Source: Styela clava | Lineage: Eukaryota | NCBI RefSeq assembly: GCF_964204865.1 | Contig: NC_135250.1 | Coordinates: 7,688,001 to 7,752,000, forward strand | DNA length: 64,000 bases | Reading direction: 5' to 3' | Shown: positions 34,622 through 48,679 of the stretch, piece after piece | Numbering within the stretch: position 1 is the stretch's first letter | Layout of the letters: each line of letters starts with the position of its first letter | The notes under the pieces: generated by a model | What the model was told of the DNA's origin: nothing | What the model saw: the letters and a program-made list of their open reading frames with translations, nothing else | Database searches by the model: none | Position numbers and translations under genes: made by a program

Positions 34622-37600
34622 ATGGAATCAATGTTTCTTGTGAAGGATTCTTCAATTGTTGAAGAGAGAACTTTTTCAAAAGAAGAAAGTTTGCAATCAC
34701 TACCACTTCCCCAGCTGTATGAAACACTGAATAGATATTTAGACTCTTGCAAAGCAGGCAAGGTTTTTAAGTTTACCTTTCAAATTCAGTGATCAGTAAT
34801 TGCACTATTAAAAAATGCAACATTAAGTTTTGATCAGTATCAAGGGTCAGAGGGCGGTATAATATCACCAAATGTTTAGAGTATCTTAGCCCATTTTTGT
34901 ATGACTTTACCGCAACCTAATACCAGAAACCATAATTACTGTTGGAGATTCTGATTTCGGTTATCGCCATTCAAACTCTGAAAATTTTGACTCCAACAGA
35001 TTTGGAGTACAAAGTGATGATTCTGACTTCAAATCTTCATTATTAATGGGTCTTCTTTTTTTTGCAGTACTGACTGAGGAAGAGTTTGATAGAACAAAAC
35101 AAATTGTGGAAAAATTTCAACAAAATGAAGGACCAAAACTCCAAGAAATTCTCTCACAAAAAGCCAGTGGTAAATTTCTGCTCTGAATTAAATGATGAAC
35201 AATTTATCTATCACTATTTTGAAATAGATATACATGTTATAATTATACTTATTTTCACTTCATATAAGCTTATAGCCTGGAACGTTCATAGGTACATTCT
35301 AGAATTATATTTCTAATCAGATTGGAAAATCTGGTACAATTTCAACGTTCTTGAGCCAAGCTAAAGCCAAATGTACTGAAGGAGTGATTTAAATAGATTG
35401 TTCTGAAAACATGGGATTCAAGAAATACTGTTAAAATCGAATTCGATGTTGTGGAATCAGCAATGATATATTTCTTGATTTAATAATAATAAAACAAAAT
35501 TGGCATCTTGCAAAAAAAAAACGTTTCATCTATCATTATTGGTAATTGTTCATATTCAATTAATAGTTTTTAATTGATCAAATTTGTGGAATTCTGTTTT
35601 GAAAGTATGTGTTTATATTGTGATTTTACGTTGTTATGGCATCTTCAATTTTTAGAATTTTTCATATGATTTATCATTAATTAAGCAATTTCTTATTCCT
35701 CTTTCAAGTGGAGAAAAATTGGCTTGAAGACTGGTGGCTAAATGGCTATTTAGATTATCGAGGACCACTTGGTGTCTTGAATTTTGGAGCTTCTGCAACT
35801 TTGGATTTTCTTCCCTCTGTTGAGGACTCGCAGGTCTCTTGTTCTGTATTATATGATATCGTATTGATATAGTCGTACAGTCACATATTTGAGAAATGTC
35901 CTTGATTTTTATGAAATATTGGATTTGTTCAAATATCAAAATCAGATCAGTTTTTTATTTACGGTTTTATAGCATTTCTCTCAATATGCCAAGGTTGGCT
36001 ATTTCGAAAGTGAATGAAGTGTTTTTGAATATTGAAATATATGTTTAGCAGAGAATTTCATACAAATCATTGTGATTTGCGAGTTCGCAAAACTTGAATT
36101 TGCTAATACAGATAAACGTTACAGAATATTTTCACAGTGTAGTAAGCCATGCCTATAAAATTTTTTAAAGATTTATTTTTTAATAGATTGCTTGGGCCTT
36201 GGGCCTACATATATCTATATTTATCTCATTATTAAAGTTGTTATTTATTTTAATCAGCTCCACCGTGGTGCAATGATGCTTCATTCCATCATGAACTTTT
36301 GGAAGCATTTACGAAATGAGACTGTCCGTCAACTAAAGGATAGAAAAGGAAACACACTTTCAATGAACCAGTTCAGGTAGATTCATAAAATTGTTCGCCC
36401 AATTCTTGTGAACTTGTTTCTGTGGTAGCATGCCTACTGGGTATGTCAGTTCAAGTAAGTCACCAGCATATGTTATCATGTATGACTTCTTGCTGTCACA
36501 CTGTTGTTTTTTTAATTGCTCGATGGTTGCGACTTCCTGCATTAAGTAAGACTTCCTACGTTAATTAAGTCTATGCATATGGAACATAACATAATTAGTA
36601 AAATATTATAATACCTGACCTATACTCTTATTAGGATGTGAGTATGTAGATAGGCATGTGATTAGAATGTCTTAATGACCCTCTTTCCAGGAAATTTTAA
36701 GAAAAAATTACTTGGGAAAAGATTGATGTAACCGCATTGTTTCAAAAAAGAATACAAGCGTTTTTTCTGTTTCTCATGTCTTGTAAATGATATACTTTTA
36801 TTAACAATTCTTAAATGGCTTTCAACATTTGAATCCTTCGAATAAGTGAAATGTCATAATCCTTACTGATCCAATGTATGGTATGGCTATCTTATACTAT
36901 AGATGTTCTTTTTGTATCATTTGATATTAGTAAATACTTGTTTGCATTTAAATATATATATTTTTTTGGGTAGGCCTATTTTAAATTAAACAAAATTTAG
37001 TATTATTGGATATGTAAATCCTTAAATACAACTAGCCTATTTTAGGTGTCATTTTGATTTTTGAAAACATGTTTCTTGTCCATTTCTTTGAAACAACAAC
37101 TTTTCTGGTTTATATTTATCTCCCATATTTAATTACTTTAGGTACATCTTCAACACTTCAAGGATAGCTCTGAAAGGTCGAGACAAGCTTGCTAATTATT
37201 TCAAAACTAAGTCTGAAGGAGATTGCCCTTCTCATATGATTATTTTTCATCACCAACATGCCTATAAACTGAAAATAATTTCAGAAAATGGTAAGTTTTG
37301 TTTATGTATTGTATAGTGCAGTGTTTCCCAACCTATGAGTCGCGAACCAAAACTGGGCCGCCTGAAAATTTTCTAGGGTCGCTCGTTTTTTTCAACAAAA
37401 ACCTGAAAATTTTTTTTTATTTTGTATTAAAGTGTTGCTCATTAGTAATTATATCACGGAAGTATCACAGCTTAAAAACTTGGTAGCATTTTATTTTGCT
37501 AAAGTAAAGCCACGCCATGATTTCAAAACCTCACTGTGGGCGAACGAGCACAGATTTTTCACTTTGACGTCATTTCTGGGGAAGTTAATGTAAATTTGTA

Positions 37601-40600
37601 AATATGATTATTTTATATTAGTTATTTCATTTTGTGGACATAAAAATACTACATGCCATTTAATATTTGAGCATATCCTTGGGTCGCGAGATTTTACAAA
37701 ATTTATTATTAGAAAATTTAAAGTTGGTTGAAAAAAAGATTGGTAACCACTGTATAGTGTACCGCGGGTATCTACATATTGTTTGATAATTGGTTTGAAA
37801 TTTTATAGACTTCTCAAATGAATACAACACAAGTGTGTAAAGTCTACTGATAATTAAGTCAATACTAGGGCTGGGCATTTCCAAATACCTGATGATTTCA
37901 GAATCGAATCGAATATCAGTACTTTTTTTATAATGGTACTACATGGGTAATTTTAACTATTCATCTATTTTAACTCTATTAAAATAATGATATATACTTT
38001 TTCTTGTAGATGTCATTTTGTAAAAATGCAGATTTTACCTTGAAGAGAATGTTTATTTTCATTTCTGCATATTATATAAGTCCTACAAAGATTGATATCA
38101 AGAGTTTTCACAAAGTTATATGAAATTGCTAAGAATAACACAAATTAGGAAATTATTTTGCAAATAGCAATCAAGCAAATGGTAAAATAACATCATACAG
38201 TTTGGTTTAGTCGATTTTTTTCGATTATCCTTCGTGGCTGTGTTCAATAAACTAATCACATTACTTACACAGACTGTGAGAAGATAGATCTTCCTTCCAC
38301 TGATATCTTGTCTTAGTTTTTATCATGGGTTTAACTTTTAGGTGAGATCTATACTCCTGGCCAAATATACAAATTATTTTTGGCCATCAAAGAACAAAGT
38401 GGTGCTAAAGAGGGTGACGGTGTATCTGCTATGTCTGAGCTTGACAGAGATTCATGGGCTGAAGCCAGAGAATATTTAAGCCAACTTTCTCCAAGAAATG
38501 CAAAAACTTTAGAAGATATTGAAAGTGCTATCATGACTATCGCTTTGGTGGATGATAAAGTAAAGGTAAATAAGTTGATGAAATTTCAAAGCACGGTTTG
38601 AGATGGGAAAAATGTGGGACGATATTGGACAAATTTTGAATATTATTTTACTGATTTGGGCAAAGAATGTTTCATGAGGGTATTGTTTCAAATCACTTAT
38701 GAAGGGCACAACTATGCAAATACTTGCTCATAAATCTTGATGTTATTTGAATCATAAACCCTCTTGTTTTTTATAGATGGAATTTTTTATAGTATTGCCA
38801 CCAACTTTCTGACACATGATTTGAACATCTCTGCATTTGTTTATATTCAAGTTCAAATGAAGTTTTAGCACATATTTATAAGTGATGACCTCAATAAACT
38901 GTCCAAATTTACCACAAAGTTTATCATAAGCATAAATATATTTTTTAAGTAATTCTGTGGGGTTTTCCCTTTTGCTCTGAACTAGTCTCTATAACTCATT
39001 CAACCTGTGCCAGGTTTAGTAAGATTGAAATCTTTTTTAATCAATTTTTTTTAGCCTATTTTCGCAGTATGGGTTTAATAATGCTCGAATACTGGCCTGT
39101 TTGACTGTAGCATTTCTCAAGCAAACTCTAGTGTCAAATTTGTTTCAGGATGATTCAGCCTTAATGACCTTGGGCACCACAAAAGTAGCGGGTAATCGAT
39201 GGGCTGACAAGTATTTTATGGCAATTAGTTCAGATGGTAGATTCACATGCAGTACTGATCATACTCCTTCCGAAGGAATGACATTCGTTACTCTCATGAT
39301 GTATAATGAAGTCCTTCTTAGGGAAAGATGGAATAACGGACAGTGGGAAGAAAGTTGGAATAATGGTATGTCCAGAGATATGCTTCGTATTTCTTCTCCA
39401 AGGCTCTATGCTAGAACAGCAAATATGTAGCTAATGTTCTTCTAGAACGGCTCAAATGAGAGTAATGACATTTTTTTCACTTGTCCTAATAGCCATGCTA
39501 TTGTGAATAATAATAAAAATTTTATTAAATCATATTGTGAAATTTTTTTTTTTTTAAATTTTCAGAAAGTCTACCTTCCAATTCTATCACCAAGCTAGAG
39601 TTTGATTTGGATGAAAAACTTCACAACTGGATAGAGAAAGGAAGAAAAACATTGGAAAATTTCGGAAAAGAATCAACATTCCATATTTTTGATTTCAATG
39701 ATTTTGGAAAGGATGAACTCAAGCAATTACGTGTAATGTTTTTATATATTGCTTATCTACATATTTCAAGAAGCATACAATATAGAAGGATAGGCAATTC
39801 ATAACATGAACCACGACTATTTGTCCAATTTCAATGTTTTAAAGAAAATCGTTTTCATGTGATGATTATGATGTGGCATATTGAACGGAAATATTCAATT
39901 TATTACAGATTCATCCATGTGCTTTTAATCAAATGTGTTTCCAACTGGCGTACATGAGAAAACATAGAAAACCTGGACCAACTTATGAAACTGCATCAAC
40001 TAGATCGTAAGTGTTTTAAAACGTTTCTGAGAAGTTGAACATTTTTATGTGATTACCCTAGATGCCTAGAGCAACGTTAATGTTGTTCAAATGACTTTTC
40101 TTTACCTTATACTATTGCATATCATACTCAGATTCTATCATGGTCGAACTGAAACACTGAGGTCTTGCACACCAGAAATTGTTGAGTTTTGTAACGCAGT
40201 TATCAATGGTAAGTATATCAGAATTGAAAAACTGTTAAAATCAGTACAATTCACTGACTTGAACTTGTAGCCAGATAAGATGCCATGGGTCTGCATATGA
40301 GAAGCCATTTTAATGTCTTTTCGCTCCCCTGAAATTTTGAATAATTTTTACCTTTATAATTGATTGTATTTGTGTCACTTGTTGAGGTTAAAACCACCAG
40401 AGATGAATAACTGATTTTTGTTGTGCATTTCAGATTTGCCAAACAAGCAGAAGCTCCTAATGAAAGCCTGTGAGAAATATATGAAGTTAATGTCAGAATG
40501 TTCAGCTGGACGAGGTGTTGATCGTCATATGCTTGGATTAGCTGCAATAGCAATGGTAAGTTTTGATTTTGTTCATGCTTTAAATCAGAGGTGTGCAATA

Positions 40601-42581
40601 AGTGGCCCATGGGCCACAACCCGGCCCGCCAAGCCATTTAATGTGGCCCTTGTCAACGCACAGATTTTCCCCCATCAAACATAAAATCCTAATCTGGCAA
40701 TGTATGTTTGGAAAGGCGCTCACATGGGTAAAGATACATATTGATTTTTTTGCTCTTGTTGCTGCGTTAAATCTTTCGCCGATTTGCTCGGTGCTTTTAT
40801 TACTGTGAGGCTAAGCGATAGCTGCATGCCACATATTTAGGCCAGCTAGATGTCTGAAGTTGGTTTTATGGCCCGGCGACAAAAAATGTTGCACAAACAG
40901 GGCTGTCTGAAGTCTATCGAAATTGATTCAATTCGGAATTATACATATTTTTATAAATATTTTGAATAGTTTAGAATAGTTTATTCGAAAATTTGTCTTG
41001 GGGGCAAATATATTATCTTAATAAAATGGACAAATTTCTAAGACTGTATAACATATGATCATTGTTTATTTTATCTTAGCATCATTATCCAATTTGAACT
41101 TGATGAATTTATTTTGAACTTCACCTATTTTCTGTTGAATAGGGCATAATTTAGAATAGAGAATAACTTTCAGTATGCAATTGTCAATTATTGGTTTTCG
41201 ACATTCTCTAACTTTGTTGATTTTTATTTTTGATTACCTGTATATATCAAATGATTTTGAACGATAATTATATTTATGGACTGATTTTGATAACGTTAAT
41301 TTGGGAAAAACTATTTTTCATTTTTATTTCTGAATTTTCTGTGCCTTATTCTATATTTTTGATAATTCAATATCATAAAAGCGACAACTCACCATTTCCG
41401 CAGAGTAAACTTATCTACGTTGTCAGATTGATATCATGTCATTATAATCATACTTACCGTACATTCTTGCATCAAGGATTATACTGTTTATTGAGATAAC
41501 GTATTTAAACATTAATTTTATGTCACGCTTTATAACTGGTTAGTTAGTCATTAAATGACCTTTGATATGCAGACAGCTTCGAATAATAGGGAGATTTCAA
41601 CATATGTTTGTTGAGAATTTTGTTACAATTAATGTAATTGATCACTTCTGTTTGAATGGACTTTGTATTTATACTATTGATCTTTTATAGGAAAAAGGTA
41701 CTCAACTTCCAGAGATATTCACAGACTCTGCATTTAAGAAAAGTGGAGGAAATAATAACTTTGTGTTATCTACTAGTCTAGCTGGATACAGCGGTGTAAG
41801 TATTTTAATCACATAGGATTTTTATATTTATTCCAGGGAGAGGAAAGCCATAAGAAGGCTTATCTGATTACCAGCCCATGTCTAGTATAAAAAGAGTTAA
41901 CCAGCTCTTTGTTTGACGGTGGCGGAAGCTGTAACTGGCCTACAGGTGTGGAAACCACTCTATGACAATGGTCCAGCAATTCCTAGTTTATACCTTGTTG
42001 GCATGTTATCAAATCTCCCATGCAGAGATGTTCCAAAAGCTTCCAAACCAGAATTCAGGGGTTTCAAATTTTCTTCTTAAACTTATTCCTAAGCTCTCAT
42101 CCCAAGATGCATTTCCTATAGGCAGGCTTGCCCAATTTTCAATTCTTGAGACCACTATTTTAGCGCTGATGAAACCGCCACCCAGAATATAGTAAGCGTG
42201 GATTAGATAGTTGGGATAATTCCAAACTCAAAATTTCATCCTATGCTATATCTGGTCAAGTTTTTACCATAATTGAATCATTTCTAGCTGATCGCCAATT
42301 CCGACTCAAGAGAGTCAACAGCCCTGAAAAATGTAAAGATAAATTCACTCTATTCAAATATATATTTTAATATTTTTTATTTCTAGAATATGGGAGCCAC
42401 TGTTCCTATGGTATCACACGGATATGGAATATTTTTCCGAGTACTGGACCACAGTATGCATTATGCAGTAACAACATACAATCCTACTCCTGATGTATGT
42501 GCTTCAGATATGGAAACCTATTTGAGAAAAGCATTCCAAGATGTTTGCAATATTGCTAAGGGACTTTCTTGTAAGTTGTAA
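34622..42581 (+). CDS. CROT: Peroxisomal carnitine O-octanoyltransferase-like protein (choline/carnitine acyltransferase family)
   Basis: Exons 34622-34757, 35068-35169, 35709-35833, 36258-36376, 37142-37290, 38342-38565, 39149-39365, 39566-39732, 39909-40006, 40132-40208, 40434-40555, 41691-41795 and 42387-42581. Motifs include EERTF..LPLP, NWLEDWWL, SMNQFR, NRWADK, catalytic DHTPSEG, YETASTRSFYHGRTETLRSCT, GRGVDRH, LSTS and GATVPMVSHGYG. The C-terminus is CKL (PTS1). Confidence 0.9.
37319..37752. mobile_element. hAT-type MITE in a CROT intron
   Basis: CAGTGTTTCCCAACCT ... AGATTGGTAACCACTG, flanked by GTATAGTG on both sides (the right copy shares one G with the terminus). Confidence 0.65.
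40586..40899. mobile_element. Degenerate hAT (Charlie-like) MITE in a CROT intron
   Basis: Starts CAGAGGTGTGCAA with GGCCC-rich subterminal repeats and ends ...GGCCCGGCGACAAAAAATGTTGCACA. No clear TSD. Confidence 0.5.
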
Positions 42582-43111
42582 CGAATACTTACATATTCAA
42601 CAAACTAGAGTTATTAATAATAAATCAGCCTTTTTTACTAATCCAACTTTTTTACTAATCGTGACTTTTGGGTTTTTGCAGTATCCAGTGTAATTAGTTA
42701 ATAAATACCCTTTTTACGTATTCAATTATATATATATTACTTCAGTAACCATTATACTCTCAACCACAGTGTTAAGTAATACCCTAAATGCGGTTATGGG
42801 ATTCAAAATTCTTGTATCAAACTCATTAACAACCGGTTCTCTTATTTCAATAAACCTGCCGAACTTATAGCTCTATGAATGTATGTCTTATTAGCTAATG
42901 CATGTTATTATGTAAGATGCATTAACATGTCAAGCTTTAAATAAATCTATTACATTTCGAGACAACATTCCTAAGTTCGTGCGAATTTCCAAAAACCCAT
43001 CACTGCGTAAATGAAATTGTAATAGATTTGTCTATGTTGAAGGAAATACTTCGAATATTGATTTCATATATCAGAGTAATCGTAAAAAAGATAATATTTG
43101 GGATATGGTTT

Positions 43112-43419
43112 AGCCTGGAGAGAGGAAAGTTGATAAGATGACTTAATCATATGGGAACCAAGGCCGTTCGTTCGTTTACCAGTTCAGGCCGGGTATGGAA
43201 TTAGTTAGCCAGTTATTTGTTTTCTATTGCATAGACTTAAGTGGACGAAGCAGTAACCAACCAGCGCTTACGTGAACCAGCCTACGGCTACGAGGAGTCC
43301 AGCGATCCTCTCGCACATAATTAACCTCGCATGGGATTCAAACTTCTGTACCCACGCATGGTATTCAGAGGTGCTGTGACGAGGTCGTTTCTAACGCTTA
43401 GCACGATGCGCCACACCGC
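43112..43419 (-). mobile_element. tRNA-derived SINE
   Basis: The minus strand starts GCGGTGTGGCGCATCGTG (A-box-like) and contains GTTTGAATCCC (B-box-like). Related 3'-part fragments occur at about 41835-41960, 48425-48530 and 54160-54270. Confidence 0.65.
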
Positions 43420-43998
43420 TGAGTCAAGTGTTAATAACATTAATACTGCTTGTTTTTGCCTTAGTATGAAAATTTGAATAGTTGCCAAATACTATAATTT
43501 TTTAATTCCCTTCTTTGTTACATTTTTTTTGTATCATGTCAAAATTTATGTATTTATGTTAAGAAGATTCTCTAAAGCTATATACCGACAACAGTTATAT
43601 TTGTTTCTATTCCTTCATTTGGTTTAGGAAAGACTTGCCTCTTGAAAGATCCCATGGCATCGGTATTTATGGATTATTTAGTGCAATTTCTAATTTTAAT
43701 ACTCTGTGTTACTGTTTTGTTCAATTGTCGTAGTAGTAGTATGCATTGTTTCCAATCGCAAAAAAGATTTTTTTGTTTTTTAATTCTTATTGCTTGCTGT
43801 GTAATAGATAAACTGATCTCTAATATATAAATCATATTTTTGCTAATGATTTTAATGATGCTGATTCTTTAGGATTAAATTATAATTTTGTATCGAGTAA
43901 TTCAGCTATTCAGTGTATTTGCTTTGCCTTATTGAGATTTGAGTGTACTTAATTGAAGATTAATGGCACATCAAAATTATAAAGATTGCAAGCGGCAG

Positions 43999-44178
43999 GG
44001 CGCTTCAGAAGTGTGTACCAATATGGAGGTAATTAATTTTGGGAATGAAACCTATGGGCCAGAGGGTATATCCACTCTGCTAACACAGACAGTCTCCGAA
44101 CTCGTAATAGAACTAAAATAGGGAAATCAGAATAAAATCATGGCCAACCCTAACCTGGTACACGCTACAGGAGTACCA
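43999..44178. repeat. Dispersed MITE-like repeat (second copy at about 47163-47380)
   Basis: The two copies share GGCGCTTCAGAAGTGTGT...CTAACACAGACAGTCTCC...GAACTAAAATA...CCCTAACCTGG and have loosely inverted ends. Confidence 0.7.
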
Positions 44179-44521
44179 GCGAAAGTGCTCAGGGCAATAA
44201 AGTTGGAAAATTTTTCATCTGATCGGAACTTCTGGACTAGGATTCTGGTTTTAGGAAAATTTTCTTTCAAATCTAAGAACACAAACTTGTAGCAAAATTT
44301 CAGCACAAAACTTAATGCAATTTTTGTCATTCAGTGAGTGAGAATGCTAGCCCATATAACTATCGGGGCGCTCATGGGTTTTTTCCCTCCCTTTTTTTTT
44401 TGAGTATTTCAAAGATTCCAAATGAAAGTTTCGGAATTGTTAAAACGTCCGCCGGGTGGCCAAGTTGCGTATTCAAATCGGTTCGCTGGGTGGAAAGCGG
44501 TGGCCTTCTCTATGTCTAAGG

Positions 44522-44700
44522 CAGTAGTTTCCAACCAGGGGCCCGTGGCCCACCAAGGGGGTGCACATAGCAGTTGGAGGGGGTCACCATGCCAGGCCCT
44601 AAACCGATTTTACTTCTCTTTTTACTAAAAAAACTGGGGGCCATAAATGCTAAAAGCCTCAGGAAGCGGGTCACAAGCCATAAAAAGTCGAAAACCACTG
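44522..44700. mobile_element. Degenerate hAT-type MITE
   Basis: Ends CAGTAGTTTCCAAC ... GTCGAAAACCACTG with GGGGCC-rich subtermini. TSD not clean. Confidence 0.5.
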
Positions 44701-47700
44701 GACTGGTCTTATGGTTCTTTCCGCCTGGGCATAAATATGCCAAGCTTTTTTAAATCAAGGTAGTTAACTCCAAACTACAAGTTGAAGAAACTCAAGTGAT
44801 TGGCTTCCGATCGCCAAATTTACATTTTTTTGCAATAAAGTCTAATCAACAACAACACTGATGCTTCATATGGATACAATGTTCTTCCAGTTGGGACCGT
44901 TTAAAAAAAGCACATCGTCTTCAGAAGGTGAATATCTGACAGAGACACGTATTTAGAAAGGGCATATCCTGCTTCAAATGGAAACAGTATTTTAGAATCG
45001 GCATATGCGTTTTATCTGAGAGTTATGTAGCAAGCATATGACGAGCTTCATTATTCTCAAAAGCGTACATCTTTTTTGTAAGTGGCACAGCTTTTTTTAA
45101 AGGTAAGAGGTATATGTAGATCAAAGGGCACAGGCCGTTTAAATGTTTATTAATGAAAAACCCCGAGTCACGTGTTCAAACACACCTGAAAAATCCCATT
45201 GCTTTCTATCGACGGTTGCTCACACTACCTTCATCCGGTGTGGAATCACCCCGCCTACGATTTAGTGAAGAGGAACTTTACACAACTACTCCATCAGTTC
45301 ATTTGTCAAGGTAATAAATTTAATTATACTGCTGTCAAAACATTTAAGAATTTTGGTTTCGTATCGCAAACAAATTTGAAATTTAGGTGGTAAAACTTTG
45401 TTTCGTCATTTTGCTCAGTTAGGATGATGCGATCTGTACGATAAGTCAAGCAAGGTTTTGTCGAATGGGAAATGCCTGATATTTCAATTATTCTGGTGCA
45501 ACGGATTTAAAATCGATATACATATATATATTACTAAACTGGATAAGAATATAATTATGTGTATTTTTTAATAACGAACCAACGAATTTTCATCAGAAAC
45601 AAAAATTCAAATGTTAAATATCAAAAAAAAAATTGCTCTTTCAATTTAAAGTACACAACACATAACTACGTTAATCGTCTGATGGAATTTCTAACGAAAA
45701 TTCATTGGAATCTCAGAGAAATCGCAAGTTGACCTTTTTATTTTTGTGTTGTTATGCATATGAGAGTGCGAGTTATATTAGCTGTACCCCATTTAAAACA
45801 CAAACAAAATATGCGTATTTCATTTTTGCCTTTCCGTTCAGCCTATTATACGCCAGATGTGAAAAAATTCCGAGTTATTATTCAAAACTACGAGTAGGCA
45901 AATCTGAAGCGATACGGTTCAGGTCTTTATGTACTTGTAATATTTTAATAGTCATCGTAAAGAATATCTTGTATAAAGGTTTTAGGTTGAACACATAATA
46001 CCCGATACTACAAGAAGTCAACATTTGTAGACCCATAACGTGTTAACATTTTTCTTAGTCGTTTTCATTGACTGACAGCGGCCCATTCTGAAAATAGTTG
46101 TTTATTTAGTGGCAGTCGATAAGGGGCGCCACCGTGGCGCATTCCACTTGGGGAATTATTTGAATTATTTCTTCTCTCACTTGGTTGACAGAAAAAATTT
46201 CATGGGTAGAATAACGGAATATTTGCTATTTCAATTGTTTTGGTGAATAAATTGAGGAGGGGCGACACCGAGACGCGTTCTACTCGGGGAATTCATCTCA
46301 ATTATTACTTCTCTCTTTAAGTTGCTAGAAATTTTTTTTATGAATAGAATACCGGAATTTTTGCTATTGTTTTGAGAAATGTTACAAAATGGCGGACACG
46401 CTAAATAACAGTATCAGGCATATATCTTGGTAGGGAGAATTTTTCATAGTGGCAGCTGTGGACTACCTGTGTGTCGTATTTGTTTTCAGTTCGTAATATT
46501 TACAACGTTAGCATGGTCAAATAGCGCACCTCGTTCAACGAATGTAGTATTGTAGAGCGAGACTAGAAAGATTAGTGGAAAACTACTAGGATGGATTGTG
46601 ATGTCATAATACGCTATGTCATTTTTCAATATGATGACATCATTTTAGTTATTGCATCAAAACAAATAGTTTGGTTGAAATTTAGTTGAAAATTACTTGT
46701 TAGGATAGGTTTGGCTGTGACCTAAACACGGAATGTAGATGATGAGGGAAGCCCTATGCCCTCATGCTGAATCGGAAATAAAAGTCTCCCAAATTGAGTA
46801 GGCTTCAGACTTACCAAGAATATCATGATCGCGAGGAACTAGAAATCATGATTGGTTTAAAAATACAAAATTTATTAGTAAATCATAGGGTTATGATACA
46901 TAAATAGGGACAATAAAAAATAACGAAGGAAAAATTATGTGTAATTTCATAACAATCGTTTGATGACGGTAGCAAATTATTAGACACAGTGGAACAAAAC
47001 AAAAATAAAACAAATGACAGTGTTTTTTAATTAAGAAAGATGAACTCAGATAACAAAAATCAGGAAAATACAAAATTTACATTGTAATTAAAATTAGTGC
47101 GCCATTCAATTGATATTTGTTTTGATAATAGATTTATTCATGCCTAGGTTGAGCTATAAATAGGCGCTTCAGAAGTGTGTGTGCCAATGTGGGTGGAGGT
47201 AACTAATTCTGTTCGCCTACTTTACATCAAGTTACGTAAAGGGACTGGAACATATGAACAGGGGGTATATTCACTTTGCTAACACAGACAGTCTCCAAAC
47301 TCGTAATAGAACTAAAATAAGAAAAATCGGAATAACATTATGGCCCGACCCTAACCTGGAACACACACTGCGGGATTCCCTTTTTTGTATTACTTGAAGA
47401 GATGCTACGCGTTGTATACTTACTTATATGTTCCAAGTAGTTTTAAATGCTTTCATGAGAAATAGAGTGGAAAACCTGAGTCATTTGTATAACCCATGTG
47501 GATGTATAGATTATTTAAAGATATCATCGACTTGAAAATAAATAATTTTGCGTTTAAATCTTTTAATTAAGAAAATTTACATAAAACGTGTTCAATATTG
47601 CCTGAATAATCTATGAAACTTTCAAATTTCTAGCATTTCAGAAAATAGATCCGAATATATAAAGATTGGAAAAATGGCATTTCACCTGTTTCATTCAAAT

Positions 47701-47967
47701 AATCTTGAAAAATACTAAGAGGAGGAACGGAATAGCAACTGATTTTCAGACTGTGTGTGAAATCTCCTAGAAGTGAAAGTTACACAACTAAGTGAACGAA
47801 ACACATGGAAAGCGAGGCGAGTGAGCACATACAAGAAGAAAGTGAATAAAATATAAATAACTAAATAAATAAATAATATTATTAATAAATAATTCCTACG
47901 TTCAGATTTCAGAGCAAAAGTTGATGAATATATATATATCACGGTCCAACTAGCGTTTTTTGTGGAA

Positions 47968-48679
47968 TCAACTTCTTAAAACACAACGGCATCCAATTGT
48001 GATGTTTCGCACCACAATCTCATGTCCATGATGAAAAAACTTTTCGTCAACATTGACTGGTTCTACTTCGTATTTTAAGCTTCGGTCTCGTATCACTGTT
48101 TCCGCCACTGGATCCCAGCATATTGGCAAACATATTGTAGTCGTGAAATTGAAGTTTTTACAAACGACAAGAACGCTAGGATGCTGAAGTTCAAATCCAT
48201 TGACATCGAGATCAAGAGGTTTGTCTAGCACGGGTTGACAACAATTTTCGATTGCCTCTGTCGAACTGGAAACATAATTTATATAATTTGTACTTAAAAT
48301 AATACTCTATCATTCACATAATTTGAAAGCCAAAAAAGTCATAAAACTTGGCTGGTGAGCGAGATCTTTTAAAACCTTCTGTACAAGCACCTAATACAGT
48401 ATCTAATGTAGTTAGATCATATTGAAAGGCGAGAAGTCGGCGTAATTACCACGTCCTTTCGTTCGGTTACCAGTTCATGTCGAAGACGGGGTCTTTTAAC
48501 CAGTTAATCGTTCAAGATTCCTGGACTTGGGTAATGAAAGAAGCTGTAAATTATCTATAAATATTATAATTCACAAATTAAAGAAAAGATAAAAAATATT
48601 TCTCGTAACTTTACCTGAAATCAAAAGTCGACGAAACTTGGAACAGGAAACTCGCGATAAAAAGGCTCGATAAAAACAT
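47968..48679 (-). CDS. Secreted cystine-knot protein, divergent IL-17-like, copy A (120 aa)
   Basis: Exon 1 48679-48615 encodes a signal-peptide-like MFLSSLFIASFLFQVSSTFDF. Exon 2 48265-47968 is in frame through a GT-AG intron. HPSVL...ICLPICWDP...D.SL...EPV...NITIGCRCV echoes the IL-17 pattern YPSVI..C....C...D...NS.PI...VGCTCV. The gene model is solid; the family assignment is tentative. Confidence 0.75.

Noticed and set aside
43330-43419. tRNA gene
   Set aside because: A- and B-box-like motifs are present but there is no cloverleaf, and it continues into a repeat body found elsewhere in the window, so it is a SINE.
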